From Malacoraja senta (Eukaryota): a stretch of DNA of 20,000 nucleotides. Positions 19,908 through 20,000 of the stretch are shown piece after piece. A program made the position numbers and the translations under genes. How positions within the stretch are numbered: position 1 is the first letter of the stretch; every line of letters begins with the position of its first letter. The stretch is taken from positions 53,744-73,743 of the forward strand of contig JAXLNO010000107.1 in the NCBI GenBank assembly GCA_038087875.1. Reading direction: 5' to 3'. The notes beneath the pieces are model-generated. The model saw only the letters and a program-made list of their open reading frames with translations. It searched no databases and had not been told where the DNA came from.

Positions 19908-20000
19908 TATTATTATAAAACTGATCTTGGATGTTTATTTGTGGTTGCTTGCTTGCTTGAACTTTTTCTTTGATTCACATCTCCTCGAAAAGCCGACGCA
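19908..20000 (+). mobile_element. 5' region of a second, related Helitron-like element (truncated by window)
   Basis: TATTATTATAAAACTGATC...CTTTGATTCACATCTCCTCGAAAAGCCGACGCA parallels TATACTTTAAAACTCTG...CTTTGATTCGTTACTCCGCGAAAACCAGACACA at 18299-18375. Confidence 0.5.

Noticed and set aside
3297..20000. Next SPRED1 exon (human exon 5 equivalent)
   Set aside because: No convincing candidate found by eye; it probably lies beyond the window, though this linker exon is poorly conserved and could have been missed.

Overview
Vertebrate genomic DNA, most likely from a cartilaginous fish such as a skate or ray (inferred from the HE1/V-SINE-like, CR1/HER1-like and Penelope-like repeat content). The + strand carries two coding exons of a SPRED-family gene, best matching SPRED1: the 169-nt exon for the C-terminal half of the EVH1 domain (674-842) and the next short exon (3247-3296). 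A long, repeat-rich intron then appears to run past the window end. The most notable structure is inside that intron. A ~4-kb non-autonomous DNA transposon (11295-15262) has 14-bp imperfect TIRs and a perfect 7-bp target-site duplication (CTGTTGG). It carries ~2.8 kb of foreign-looking DNA, including one intact, splice-site-flanked 153-nt exon of CLUH (clustered mitochondria homolog) on the - strand, which makes it a Pack-type gene-fragment capture candidate. The window ends with a complete non-autonomous Helitron (18291-19907) containing a CpG-rich segment and a minisatellite, followed directly by the start of a related element. Most ORFs in the supplied track are spurious (repeats or low complexity). 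Family and gene assignments come from recalled sequence knowledge, not from database searches.
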